64,000 bases of DNA, taken from positions 1,213 through 65,212 of the forward strand of contig JABDCH010000002.1 of assembly GCA_013288205.1 (NCBI GenBank). Direction: 5' to 3'. The notes beneath the pieces were generated by a model. That model was given only the letters and a program-made list of their open reading frames with translations, was not told the origin of the DNA and made no database searches. A program made the translations under genes and the position numbers. Positions 9,226-17,815 of this stretch are shown piece by piece. Source of the DNA: Bacteroidota bacterium. GTDB taxonomy: Bacteria > Bacteroidota > Bacteroidia > JABEUT01. Numbering within the stretch: position 1 is the stretch's first letter; each line of letters begins with the position of its first letter.

Positions 9226-10974
9226 ATGAAATATATAGTCTCTTATTCACCACATCACCAGCATTTTATAAATATAGAAATAATTGCCAACGTTTCAGGG
9301 GATAAAACAAATATACAATGCCCTGTATGGAGACCAGGACGATATGAGTTAGGGAATTTTGCAGGAAATGTACGTAATTGGAAGGCGGTTAATGAAAAAG
9401 GCGAGATACTTTCATATCATAAGGTTAATAAAAACTTATGGGAAGTTGAGACTGCGAATTGTAAGGAAATACATGTTTTTTATAGTTATTATGCTGCAGA
9501 TTTGAATGCGGGTTCTACCTATCTTGATGACCGGCAGCTTTATATGAATCCTGTTAATTGCTGCATGTATGTTCCGGAGTTAAGGAGTGAGGCAATCACG
9601 ATGGAGATAATTCTTCCTGAAGGATACCGTATAGCAACATCTATGAAAACGGGTAATCCGCAAAAGCTGGAAGCTTACTACCAACATACACTTACTGCTT
9701 CTAATTATGATGAGCTTGCCGACAGCCCTTTAATTGCCAGTCCTACCTTGCAATTGGAATGTATGCAGGTGGATACATTAAAAGTAAATATTTGGTTCCA
9801 GGGAGAAATGAAGCCTCTTTGGGATAAAATAAAAACAGATTTTTCTAAGTTTATTCAGGAACAGATTACCATGATGGGTGGATGCCCTGTAAATGAATAT
9901 CACTTCATATATCATGCTTTACCATATAAATTCAGGCATGGGGTAGAACATCTTTCGTCCACCATCATAGCTATAGGGCCGTCTTACAACCTGATGAAGT
10001 ACGAACAGTATAATGGATTGCTGGGTATTTCCTGCCACGAATTATTTCATTGCTGGAATATCAAAACGATTCGTCCTGTGGAAATGTTTCCCTATGATTA
10101 TACCAAAGAGAACTATTCCCGTCTTGGCTATGTATATGAAGGCGTAACTGATTATTATGGAGATTACCTTTTACTGCGCTCAGGGATTTTTTCTGAATTT
10201 GATTATCTAAAGGCCGTACAGGAACAGATACAAAAGCATTTTGACAATTTTGGCCGTTTCAACCTGGGGGTTGCTGATTCTTCTTTCGATACATGGATAG
10301 ATGGATACTCACAAGGTGCCCCGTACCGTAAAGTATCGATATATACAGAGGGCGCCTTGATAGCCTTTATGGTAGACACTTTTATCAGGAGCCATACTTC
10401 CAATACCAAGTCGCTTGATGATGTTATGAAAACACTCTACCATGACTATGCTATGAGAGGCAAACCATATAGCGAATCAGACTACTGGGGTATTATTGAA
10501 CAAATAGCAGGACAATCGTGCAAAGAAATATTTGACAATTACGTAAACAAAGCTGCCAGTTTTGATGAACCATTGGCTACCGCCCTTCTATATATAGGAT
10601 TAACACTACAGATTGCGCCTGCCAAAAAGCATTGTGAACGCTACTATGGAATGAAGGTGCTGGATGAAGATGGCAAGTACAAGGTTACTGCTGTTTTACC
10701 GGGTTCTCCGGCAGAGCAGGCAGGTATTTGTGTGCATGATGAAATCCATTCTATAAATGGGCATGCGGTGAAATGCAATTTCCATGATTGGTGTACCTAT
10801 TACGACCAGGACCCAGTGGTATTAAGCTTGGTCGCACAAAGTGCAAGGCGGCATGTAACGGTTAAACCTATTGAAGGCAAGGAATACTTTCCCTCCTTTT
10901 TTGTGGTAAAAAAGCAAGACGCTACCTCTGAACAAGAGGAGGCTTACAAAGCCTGGAGCCGTCGCGATTTTTAG
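9226..10974 (+). CDS. M61-family metallopeptidase (glycyl aminopeptidase-like) with C-terminal PDZ domain
   Basis: 582 aa. Zinc motif in the M61 context 'HELFHCWNIKTIRP'. PDZ-like C-terminal block 'VLPGSPAEQAGICVHDEIHSINGH'. Confidence 0.75.
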   Translation: MKYIVSYSPHHQHFINIEIIANVSGDKTNIQCPVWRPGRYELGNFAGNVRNWKAVNEKGEILSYHKVNKNLWEVETANCKEIHVFYSYYAADLNAGSTYLDDRQLYMNPVNCCMYVPELRSEAITMEIILPEGYRIATSMKTGNPQKLEAYYQHTLTASNYDELADSPLIASPTLQLECMQVDTLKVNIWFQGEMKPLWDKIKTDFSKFIQEQITMMGGCPVNEYHFIYHALPYKFRHGVEHLSSTIIAIGPSYNLMKYEQYNGLLGISCHELFHCWNIKTIRPVEMFPYDYTKENYSRLGYVYEGVTDYYGDYLLLRSGIFSEFDYLKAVQEQIQKHFDNFGRFNLGVADSSFDTWIDGYSQGAPYRKVSIYTEGALIAFMVDTFIRSHTSNTKSLDDVMKTLYHDYAMRGKPYSESDYWGIIEQIAGQSCKEIFDNYVNKAASFDEPLATALLYIGLTLQIAPAKKHCERYYGMKVLDEDGKYKVTAVLPGSPAEQAGICVHDEIHSINGHAVKCNFHDWCTYYDQDPVVLSLVAQSARRHVTVKPIEGKEYFPSFFVVKKQDATSEQEEAYKAWSRRDF

Positions 10975-11352
10975 TTATTCAATAACTGCAACTACTGAAA
11001 CCTCAATGTTGGCATTGAGGGGTAGGCGGGATACCTGCACTGTTTCGCGGGCAGGGTAATTTCCGCTGAAGAAAGAACCATATACCTCGTTCACTTGTGC
11101 AAAATCGTCCATATTGCTAAGGAATATGGTGGTTTTTACAATGCTCGCCATTGTTAACCCTGCCGCTTCCAATACGTTTTTTACATTGGTCATTACCATC
11201 AGGGCTTCAGCCTTAATATTTTCAGTTTTCAGGGCTCCGCTAACCGGATCTTTTCCCACTTGCCCCGAAACAAAAACAAAATTACCTGCTTGTATTGCCT
11301 GGCTATATGGGCCGATAGGCTCAGGTGCATTTTTGGTATAAATAGGTTTCAT
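10975..11352 (-). CDS. ridA: RidA/YjgF-family reactive-intermediate deaminase
   Basis: 125 aa. 'APEPIGPYSQAI..GNFVFVSGQ' and 'PARETVQVSRLPLNANIEV' are canonical YjgF/RidA blocks. Its stop abuts the convergent M61 stop with no spacer. Confidence 0.85.
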   Translation of the reverse strand: MKPIYTKNAPEPIGPYSQAIQAGNFVFVSGQVGKDPVSGALKTENIKAEALMVMTNVKNVLEAAGLTMASIVKTTIFLSNMDDFAQVNEVYGSFFSGNYPARETVQVSRLPLNANIEVSVVAVIE

Positions 11353-11362
11353 AAAAAATGAA

Positions 11363-11761
11363 TTAGCTTTTTGATAATAATCTTTTCCGGTGCTGTAGTC
11401 CCCAGGTTCTTAATTCGCCAATTACTTTGTGAAGTGATTTACCATACGTAGTAAGGGAGTATTCTACGGTAACCGGGAGGGTATCATATACCGTGCGTTT
11501 TACAAGCTGGTTTATTTCCAGTTCCTTCAACTCTTTCGATAACATTTTCGGGGTGATTCCTTCAATCTCCCGTTGCATTTCCTTGAAGCGTTTCTTCTCG
11601 AAGGTAAGCGCAATAATAATAGGGATTTTCCATTTACCACTCAAAATGTCCAGGGCATCCTTTACCGGTAAAAGGTTTTTTTTGCACTCGCTGTGTTGTT
11701 CTGCTGAGGTAGCCCCGTTTTGTTGCTTCTTTTTAATTTCTTTCTCCAGTATAGTTGGCAT
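11363..11761 (-). CDS. HxlR-family winged-helix transcriptional regulator
   Basis: 132 aa. 'C..N.LPVKDALDILSGKWKIPII..L...KRFKEMQREIEGITPKMLSKELKELE' is the HxlR signature, including an N-terminal Cys. ridA lies 10 nt downstream on the same strand. Confidence 0.8.
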   Translation of the reverse strand: MPTILEKEIKKKQQNGATSAEQHSECKKNLLPVKDALDILSGKWKIPIIIALTFEKKRFKEMQREIEGITPKMLSKELKELEINQLVKRTVYDTLPVTVEYSLTTYGKSLHKVIGELRTWGLQHRKRLLSKS

Positions 11762-11789
11762 ATCGGCTATGTATTGGTCTATTACGTCA

Positions 11790-11797
11790 CAAATATA
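11790..11797 (-). promoter_or_regulatory. -7 box TATATTTG (minus strand) for hxlR-ridA
   Basis: Plus-strand CAAATATA is TATATTTG on the minus strand, 28 nt upstream of the hxlR ATG (11761). It overlaps an AATATACT half-site-like word (11792-11799). Confidence 0.4.
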
Positions 11798-11830
11798 CTT
11801 TTTTTGTAATAAAGAAAGGTGGTTTCATAA

Positions 11831-11873
11831 AGTATACTGGTATGTTATTGTATAGTAGTAACTTTTGTATACT
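11831..11873. promoter_or_regulatory. AGTATACT / GTATACT palindromic words in the hxlR-doxX divergent promoter (candidate HxlR operator)
   Basis: The perfect 8-bp palindrome AGTATACT lies at 11831-11838 and GTATACT at 11867-11873, 10 nt before the doxX -7 box. The 13-mer AGTATACTGGTAT (11831-11843) recurs exactly at 13044-13056. Confidence 0.45.
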
Positions 11874-11883
11874 AACTATGTTG

Positions 11884-11891
11884 TACATTTG
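11884..11891 (+). promoter_or_regulatory. -7 box TACATTTG for doxX-dsbA operon
   Basis: TAnnTTTG match 28 nt upstream of ATG 11920. Confidence 0.45.
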
Positions 11892-11919
11892 TCTTTCAAA
11901 CTAATAAAATTAAAACATC

Positions 11920-12330
11920 ATGAAGTACATTCCTCTTATCGGCAGAATTTTATTCTCTCTCATTTTCCTCATGTCAGGACTTATGGGACATCTAATTGGC
12001 TTATCAGGAACGGCAGCTTATGCCGCATCTCAAGGGCTTCCTATGGCAACTTTTCTCGTTGCTCTTTCGGGGATTATTGCACTTGCAGGCGCTCTGAGCA
12101 TTATCCTTGGATATAAGGCTAAAATGGGCGCTTGGTTAATTATTATATTTCTTATCCCTGTAACTTTTAAGATGCATGCTTTTTGGGCAATAACCGACCC
12201 TGCCCAGCAAATGATGAAGCAAATGCAAATGGCTATGTTTATGAAAAATGTAGCATTAATCGGCGCTGCATTAATGATAAGTTATTTTGGTGCCGGTCCG
12301 GTTAGTTTAGATGTCAAAAAACAAGCTTAA
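11920..12330 (+). CDS. DoxX-family membrane protein
   Basis: 136 aa with four hydrophobic helices. 'IGRILFSLIFLMSG' and 'FMKNVALIGAALM' are DoxX-like. Confidence 0.7.
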   Translation: MKYIPLIGRILFSLIFLMSGLMGHLIGLSGTAAYAASQGLPMATFLVALSGIIALAGALSIILGYKAKMGAWLIIIFLIPVTFKMHAFWAITDPAQQMMKQMQMAMFMKNVALIGAALMISYFGAGPVSLDVKKQA

Positions 12331-12353
12331 AAATTTATTTTAATTCTCAGGCT

Positions 12354-12998
12354 ATGAAAGTCGAAATATGGTCGGATGTTATATGCCCCTTTTGCTACAT
12401 AGGCAAAAGGCGCTTTGAACATGCCCTTGAAAAATTTAGTCATAAAGATGAGGTGGAAATAGTTTGGCATAGTTTTGAGCTTGATCCGGAAAGAGAATCT
12501 GTTCCCTGGAAAAGTATACATCAAATATTTGCTGAAAAGAAAGGCTGGTCTGTTGAACAGGCCAAGGAAATGAACGATCATGTTACTAAAATGGCTAAGG
12601 AAGTAGGATTAACGTATGATTTTGATAAAGCAATTCCTGTAAATACATTTAATGCACACCGCATTTCACATCTTGCGGCAAAACACAATGTGCAAAATGA
12701 AATGGAGGAATTGCTTTTCTCTTCTTATTTTACAAAAGGACTCAATATTGATGATGCAAATTCACTTGTATCGCTCGCCAATCAGGTTGGAATTGATTCA
12801 AAGGAGACCGAGCAAGTGTTGAAGAATAGTAATTATAGTGAGGATGTAAGGCAGGATGAAGAGGAGGCAAAGGAAATAGGTATCAATGGCGTACCCTTTT
12901 TCGTTTTTGACCGGAAATATGCCATATCCGGTGCGCAGCCGGAAGATGTGTTTATAAGAACACTCGAAAAGGTTTGGGAAGAAAGAACCGCTTCCTAA
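12354..12998 (+). CDS. DsbA-family (FrnE-like) thiol:disulfide oxidoreductase
   Basis: 214 aa. 'IWSDVICPFCYIGKRRFE' carries the CPFC active site; 'GINGVPFFVFDRKYAISGAQP' follows. It lies 23 nt after doxX. Confidence 0.8.
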   Translation: MKVEIWSDVICPFCYIGKRRFEHALEKFSHKDEVEIVWHSFELDPERESVPWKSIHQIFAEKKGWSVEQAKEMNDHVTKMAKEVGLTYDFDKAIPVNTFNAHRISHLAAKHNVQNEMEELLFSSYFTKGLNIDDANSLVSLANQVGIDSKETEQVLKNSNYSEDVRQDEEEAKEIGINGVPFFVFDRKYAISGAQPEDVFIRTLEKVWEERTAS

Positions 12999-13033
12999 GG
13001 CTTTACGCACACTCTCACATAATTTAGTGACTT

Positions 13034-13086
13034 AGTATACTGCAGTATACTGGTATATATCAGTATACTAATATACTTTATATACT
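13034..13086. promoter_or_regulatory. Array of AGTATACT-type palindromes immediately upstream of the yceI -7 box (candidate operator array)
   Basis: AGTATACT at 13034-41, 13044-51 and 13062-69. GGTATATA at 13052-59. AATATACT at 13070-77. TATATACT at 13079-86. That is six related octamers in 53 bp, ending 9 nt before the -7 box. Confidence 0.45.
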
Positions 13087-13095
13087 AAATAGGTG

Positions 13096-13103
13096 TACCT
13101 TTG
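13096..13103 (+). promoter_or_regulatory. -7 box TACCTTTG for yceI
   Basis: TAnnTTTG match 31 nt upstream of ATG 13135. Confidence 0.45.
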
Positions 13104-13134
13104 TCCCCAATTAATTAAAAAACATATAAAAATA

Positions 13135-13677
13135 ATGGAAACACAAGAAAAGCAGGCAAAAGCCAAAGTTTGGACGCTGGACAAAGCACATGCAAAAGTA
13201 GGATTTGGAATTACCCACATGCTGGTATCTGAGATAGAAGGCTCTTTTAAGAATTTTGATGTAAAACTAAACGTCCCTAATGAAGATTTCTCAGGAGCTG
13301 AAATAGAATTCACCGCTGATGTGAACAGCATTGATACAGCAAATGAAATGAGAGATACACACTTAAAGAAGGATGATTTCTTTCATGCTGAAAAAAATCC
13401 ACAGATTACCTTTAAGAGCAAATCATTTGTGAAGATTGCTGATAAAAAGTATGCACTGAATGGAGACCTAATCTTTAATGGCGTCACTAAGAACGTTGAT
13501 CTGGATGTGAAAGGAAATGTAGTACAACATCCTATGAAGCCAGGTACTACCGTTGCCGGATTTAAGGTAACAGGCGAAGTAAAAAGGTCTGATTTTAATT
13601 TTGCTCCTAATTACCCTTCTATTGCGTTGAGCAATGAAGTTGCAATTGTTGCAAACGCGGAGTTTACTGCTGAATAA
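13135..13677 (+). CDS. YceI-family protein
   Basis: I prefer the start at METQEK (13135), downstream of the -7 box, over the 13093 ORF start. 'W.LD..H..VGF.I.H..VS...G.F..F' and 'SIDT....RD.HLK..DFF' are YceI blocks. I see no obvious signal peptide. Confidence 0.8.
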   Translation: METQEKQAKAKVWTLDKAHAKVGFGITHMLVSEIEGSFKNFDVKLNVPNEDFSGAEIEFTADVNSIDTANEMRDTHLKKDDFFHAEKNPQITFKSKSFVKIADKKYALNGDLIFNGVTKNVDLDVKGNVVQHPMKPGTTVAGFKVTGEVKRSDFNFAPNYPSIALSNEVAIVANAEFTAE

Positions 13678-13701
13678 TTAGATGAACGAGGATTGGTTCG
13701 T

Positions 13702-13733
13702 CCCCCGGTTGAAAAAGCCGGGGGATTTTTTTT
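13702..13733 (+). terminator. Rho-independent terminator after yceI
   Basis: CCCCCGG (13702-08) and CCGGGGG (13718-24) form the stem, followed by T8 (13726-33). Confidence 0.75.
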
Positions 13734-13741
13734 GGGGGGAA

Positions 13742-14677
13742 TTAACAATTCTCTTCCGCACATGCCATATTATCGTATTCCGATTCCAGCGTGATATGAT
13801 GAATATTGTTGTGCTCCAATTCGTGTTTCAGCTTATGTTTTACCTGTTGTTCCTGTTCAATAGTGGTGCCTTCTGATAATACAAGATGTGCAGTCAGTGC
13901 ATTTTCAGTAGTGCTAATAGCCCATATGTGAATATGGTGGAGGTCTTTAACACCTTTTATTTTTAATGCGACATTCCGGATATTGTCAATGCTGATACCC
14001 GTCGGAACTGCATCCAGCGAAAGCCGCAGGCTATCGCGTAACAGCTTCCAGGTATTGATTAAGATAATGGCCGCAATTATGAGGCTCAATATACTGTCTA
14101 AAACATACCAGCCCGTATACAGTATAACGATACCGCCTACTACAAGCCCCAGTGAAACTATGGCATCGGACAATAGGTGCAAATAAGCGCCTTTTACATT
14201 GAGGTCTTTATCTTTTCCCTTCATAAACAGCATGGCTGATATTCCGTTAACTAATATACCAATGCCTGCAACAATAGAAATAGTGAGACCGGGTAATGGT
14301 TCGGGCTTAAATAGATGGCGGATGGCTTCAAACACAATGGCGCCTATTGATACAAGCAATATAACGGAGTTAATAAGCGACACAAATACAGAGGTCTTGC
14401 GGTAGCCGTATGTATAGCGCTCATTCGATTTTACTTTCATCATTTTAAAAGCAAACAGTGATAGGGCAAGTGCTCCTACATCAGCCAAATTATGTCCTGC
14501 ATCGGAAAGCAGCGACAGCGAATGGATTGCCACTCCCACACCTACCTCTATCAGCACAAATAAAGAATTAAGGATGATGCCGACGATGAATGCGCCATTC
14601 ATTTCCTCCAAGTTAACTACATGATGGTGATGGTGGTCGTGGGTGTGACCACGTGCATGGTCATGGTCGTGTGCCAT
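13742..14677 (-). CDS. Cation diffusion facilitator (CzcD/ZitB-type) divalent-metal efflux transporter
   Basis: 311 aa. His-rich N-terminus 'MAHDHDHARGHTHDHHHHH'. TM2 'SLLSDAGHNLADV' and TM5 'HLLSDAIVSLG' are the CDF metal-site motifs. Confidence 0.85.
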   Translation of the reverse strand: MAHDHDHARGHTHDHHHHHVVNLEEMNGAFIVGIILNSLFVLIEVGVGVAIHSLSLLSDAGHNLADVGALALSLFAFKMMKVKSNERYTYGYRKTSVFVSLINSVILLVSIGAIVFEAIRHLFKPEPLPGLTISIVAGIGILVNGISAMLFMKGKDKDLNVKGAYLHLLSDAIVSLGLVVGGIVILYTGWYVLDSILSLIIAAIILINTWKLLRDSLRLSLDAVPTGISIDNIRNVALKIKGVKDLHHIHIWAISTTENALTAHLVLSEGTTIEQEQQVKHKLKHELEHNNIHHITLESEYDNMACAEENC

Positions 14678-14695
14678 TCTTATTTTTGGGGTAAC

Positions 14696-15607
14696 TTATC
14701 GAAAGGACTTCACTTCCTTTGCTAAAGCAGTATAGACCTTTTCGTTGATATTAACCAGTGGAAGTCGTACATGATCGGTAGTTAACCCCATCATTTTTAA
14801 AGCGGCCTTTACACCCGCGGGGCTTCCATCGGCAAAAAACAAATTAGTAATGTTGGTTAATTTATAATGCAGTTTACGTGCTTCGTCATAGTTACCTGCC
14901 AGTACCTGCCTTGTCATTTCAGAAAAATCTTTCGGATATGCATTGGCAACAACCGATATAACTCCATCCGCACCACAAGCAATAAGCGGCAAGGTAATTA
15001 AATCATCACCTGAAATAACGAGGAAGTTCTTTGGGCGGTTTTTTATAATATTCATTACCTGTGCAAAATTGCCAGATGCTTCTTTAATGCCAATGATATT
15101 TTTAAATTCATGGGCAAGACGCAGGGTTGTTTCGTCTGAAAGATTACAACTTGTTCTGGTGGGTACGTTATATAGTAATATGGGAAGGGGAGCGGCTTTG
15201 GCAATAGCGCTGAAGTGCTGGTAAAGACCTTCCTGATTGGGGCGATTATAAGGAGGGCAAACAGAAAGAATGGCAGAAATACCTGACAGATCTGTTTTTT
15301 CCATCGAATGTATTACTTCAGCTGTATTATTTCCACCTATGCCTAATACAACCGGAATTCTGCCCTTCACAGTTTTAACAATATGTTCCGTTACGGCAAC
15401 TTTTTCTTCCTTGCTAAGTGTTACTGATTCGCCGGTGGTTCCTAGTGCTACAATATATTCAATCTTACCCTTGATAAGGTGTTCAATCAGTTTTTCGAGT
15501 GCGTTGAAATCAACTGCTCCGTTTTTTTTGAAAGGAGTAACTATGGCAACTCCGGTACCTTTCCCGAAGGGTAAAGAACTATTTTGTTTTTTTCTGTTAG
15601 ATGGCAT
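14696..15607 (-). CDS. dapA: 4-hydroxy-tetrahydrodipicolinate synthase
   Basis: 'GTGVAIVTPF', 'ALGTTGES.TLS..EK' and 'YNVP.RT' are DapA blocks. I chose the internal start MPSNRK (15607) because a -7 box lies 19 nt upstream of it and inside the longer ORF. Confidence 0.9.
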   Translation of the reverse strand: MPSNRKKQNSSLPFGKGTGVAIVTPFKKNGAVDFNALEKLIEHLIKGKIEYIVALGTTGESVTLSKEEKVAVTEHIVKTVKGRIPVVLGIGGNNTAEVIHSMEKTDLSGISAILSVCPPYNRPNQEGLYQHFSAIAKAAPLPILLYNVPTRTSCNLSDETTLRLAHEFKNIIGIKEASGNFAQVMNIIKNRPKNFLVISGDDLITLPLIACGADGVISVVANAYPKDFSEMTRQVLAGNYDEARKLHYKLTNITNLFFADGSPAGVKAALKMMGLTTDHVRLPLVNINEKVYTALAKEVKSFR

Positions 15608-15626
15608 GAATGTTAATTTTGAAATG

Positions 15627-15634
15627 CAAAGGTA
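15627..15634 (-). promoter_or_regulatory. -7 box TACCTTTG (minus strand) for dapA
   Basis: Plus-strand CAAAGGTA, 19 nt upstream of ATG 15607. Confidence 0.45.
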
Positions 15635-15684
15635 CGATTTATAAAAAATAGTACTTTTAGAACCTAAAGTAATACAAGGCACAA

Positions 15685-16335
15685 ATGTTTTCAGCACTAT
15701 TAGCAGGCACTTTACTTGGTTTTTCCCTGTCGTTGGTTTTTATTGGCCCATCCCTATTTGCGCTTATACAAACCAGCATCAAAAACGGGTTTCGCTCTGC
15801 GGCTATTATGGCCATAGGTATATCGTTCAGCGATGTTATCCTTGTTTTGTTGGCCTACCTGGGCGCAGCTCAGTTTATGGATAACCCTAAGGTTAAATTG
15901 TATGAGGGTCTTGGTGGAAGCATTGTACTCTTTGTATTCGGTATATATGAGCTTTTCCAAAAACACGAGGAGGAAAAAGAAGCGCAAATAGGTATAAAGG
16001 CAGTTGCTAACATAAATAGAAAATTGCCTTTAATGTTCGTAAAGGGTTTTTTTCTGAATCTGCTCAATCCCTTTGTGTTGTTTATGTGGATATTGTGGGT
16101 TAGTACAGTAAGCTCCCGTTATAATTCAAAAGAGGAAGTGCTGGCATTTTTTGCCGGAACCCTGGGTGTTATTTTGACGATGGATTTATTGAAGTCAGTT
16201 GTAGCTAACAGGCTGAAAAAAATCCTTACGTTTAAAGTGATGCGGGTTGTCCACTATGTTATGGCTATTGCGCTTATTATTTGCGGAATAGTGCTAGTAA
16301 TTAACGTGCTATCAGGAAAAAGCGCTACTGCTTAG
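15685..16335 (+). CDS. LysE/RhtB-family amino-acid exporter
   Basis: 216 aa with six hydrophobic helices. 'GPSLFALIQTSIKNGFRSA' and 'NLLNPFVLFMW' are LysE-family-like. Confidence 0.65.
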   Translation: MFSALLAGTLLGFSLSLVFIGPSLFALIQTSIKNGFRSAAIMAIGISFSDVILVLLAYLGAAQFMDNPKVKLYEGLGGSIVLFVFGIYELFQKHEEEKEAQIGIKAVANINRKLPLMFVKGFFLNLLNPFVLFMWILWVSTVSSRYNSKEEVLAFFAGTLGVILTMDLLKSVVANRLKKILTFKVMRVVHYVMAIALIICGIVLVINVLSGKSATA

Positions 16336-16954
16336 CTCCGGCCGGTGTGGTTTTTTGCAGGCTGTCTTTATATTGTTGGTTCAGTTGGGCTACTATAGGC
16401 TTTGTAATATCCAAGCTATCGTTACCATATATTACAGCTCCGCCCACATTTTCGTATCCCAGAATATAATCGAAGCCTGATTTTTTATTATATTCTGCAA
16501 TAAACTTCTGTATTTTCTTTTGCAACTCATAGTTTCTTTCTTGAACCTCTTTTAAAAGCTCATCTCGTTGTTGCTGCATTCCATCCAGTTCACTTTTCTT
16601 GGCTTCCATATCCTTTTGATCTTTTTCATCCTCTATTTGGGAAATATTGCCTGATTGCTTTTTTTGCATATACCCTTGGTATTCGTCCTGCAATTTTTTT
16701 GCTTTTCCAGTATATATATCCTGAAATTGGTTCTCCTTTTGTTGGATTTCACTATTGAAATCTTTCATCAACTGGTAATTTGCATTAATGCTGTCAACAT
16801 TTACGTATGCAATTTTGAGTAACCTGTCTTTACCTGCTGTGGTAGCCATGTTTCCTTCTTGGCCCATGCTTTTTTTTAGGTTATTGAACATCACAAAAAG
16901 AATAATTATAAGTACTAAAAGAATAGCGTTTAGGGCAATTGAAAGGTTTTTCAT
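16325..16954 (-). CDS. OmpH/Skp-family periplasmic chaperone
   Basis: 209 aa. Signal/anchor helix followed by a long Lys/Glu/Gln-rich coiled-coil typical of OmpH. Its 3' end overlaps the convergent LysE gene by 11 nt. Confidence 0.7.
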   Translation of the reverse strand: MKNLSIALNAILLVLIIILFVMFNNLKKSMGQEGNMATTAGKDRLLKIAYVNVDSINANYQLMKDFNSEIQQKENQFQDIYTGKAKKLQDEYQGYMQKKQSGNISQIEDEKDQKDMEAKKSELDGMQQQRDELLKEVQERNYELQKKIQKFIAEYNKKSGFDYILGYENVGGAVIYGNDSLDITKPIVAQLNQQYKDSLQKTTPAGAKQ

Positions 16955-16994
16955 GGTTCTTTTTATTAAGATTTAGTATTAGACTTCCGAGGGG

Positions 16995-17002
16995 CAAAGG
17001 TA
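16995..17002 (-). promoter_or_regulatory. -7 box TACCTTTG (minus strand) for ompH
   Basis: Plus-strand CAAAGGTA, 40 nt upstream of ATG 16954. Confidence 0.4.
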
Positions 17003-17035
17003 CAATTCTTATTATTTCTTTAGCATGACGATTTG

Positions 17036-17815
17036 TTAAACCGCTTTTTCCTGTATCAGGTTTGCCAGCCTTTCGGGGGTAAGATTGTGGTAAAGTTCGC
17101 CCCGAAAAGCAAGTGAAATGGAACCGGTTTGTTCAGAAACGACAATAGCAACGGCATCCGACTTTTCTGTAATTCCTACGGCTGCCCGGTGCCGCATACC
17201 TAGGTGCGCCGGGAAGTCAATTTTTTCGGTACTGGGCAATACGCAACGTGCAGCATGGATATGGTTATTTTCAATGATGATAGCTCCGTCGTGCAAAGGA
17301 CTGTTTTTATAGAAAATGCTTTCTAGAATAGATTCTGTAATATGCGCATCAATTATGTCGCCTGTCTGCGAGTAGAAGGAAAGGTCGGAATCGTTGCTGA
17401 GTACGATCAATGCTCCTGTCTTTTTTTCGCTCATATTTCGACAGGCTTTTATTAGTGGGTGAACATCCAGTGGTCTTTTATCACTCATTTGCAGCATCAG
17501 GAAATTCTTTGCAAAATTGCGGCGGTTAAAGAATTCAGTCTTGCCAATTAACAACAAAAATCGCCTCAATTCCTGCTGGAATACAATGATAATGGCAATA
17601 ATACCTACATTGATAAAGCCTCCCAATATGCTGCTCAATAAAGTCATACCAAGAGCTTTTACAACAAGCCACAGCACATAGAGCAAAATCATTCCCGTAA
17701 GGATATTGATAGCCGTTGTACCCTTAACCAAGCTGTAAAGCTCGTAAAGCAATATAGCTACCAGCAAAATATCCAGCGCATCTATAAACCGGAATGTAAT
17801 GAACAGGGTCAGCAT
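17036..17815 (-). CDS. cdaA: Diadenylate cyclase CdaA (c-di-AMP synthase)
   Basis: 259 aa. Three N-terminal TM helices followed by DAC-domain blocks 'TGALIVL', 'SPLHDGAIII' and 'GMRHRAAVGITE.SDA..IVVSE.TG'. Confidence 0.85.
   Translation of the reverse strand: MLTLFITFRFIDALDILLVAILLYELYSLVKGTTAINILTGMILLYVLWLVVKALGMTLLSSILGGFINVGIIAIIIVFQQELRRFLLLIGKTEFFNRRNFAKNFLMLQMSDKRPLDVHPLIKACRNMSEKKTGALIVLSNDSDLSFYSQTGDIIDAHITESILESIFYKNSPLHDGAIIIENNHIHAARCVLPSTEKIDFPAHLGMRHRAAVGITEKSDAVAIVVSEQTGSISLAFRGELYHNLTPERLANLIQEKAV

Noticed and set aside
10972-10977. Convergent gene pairs with no spacer or with overlap: M61/ridA at 10974/10975, LysE/OmpH overlapping at 16325-16335, NlpC-P60/purL at 21813/21816, hypothetical/DUF3078 at 56199-56202.
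   Set aside because: This leaves no room for terminators, but it is common in compact bacterial genomes. Nothing in the sequence suggests a specific antisense mechanism.
14696-15697. Longest-ORF gene models with N-terminal extensions: dapA 15697, gap 19972, NlpC/P60 21061, yceI 13093, LytTR regulator 37714, PagL-like 39529, response regulator 41825, czcA copy 2 49672, lysC 52858, 55369, M23 57220, DUF6089 paralog 1 32800.
   Set aside because: The extensions are not homologous to the known N-termini of these families. Several contain the gene's own TAnnTTTG box. The internal Met restores a canonical N-terminus or signal peptide.
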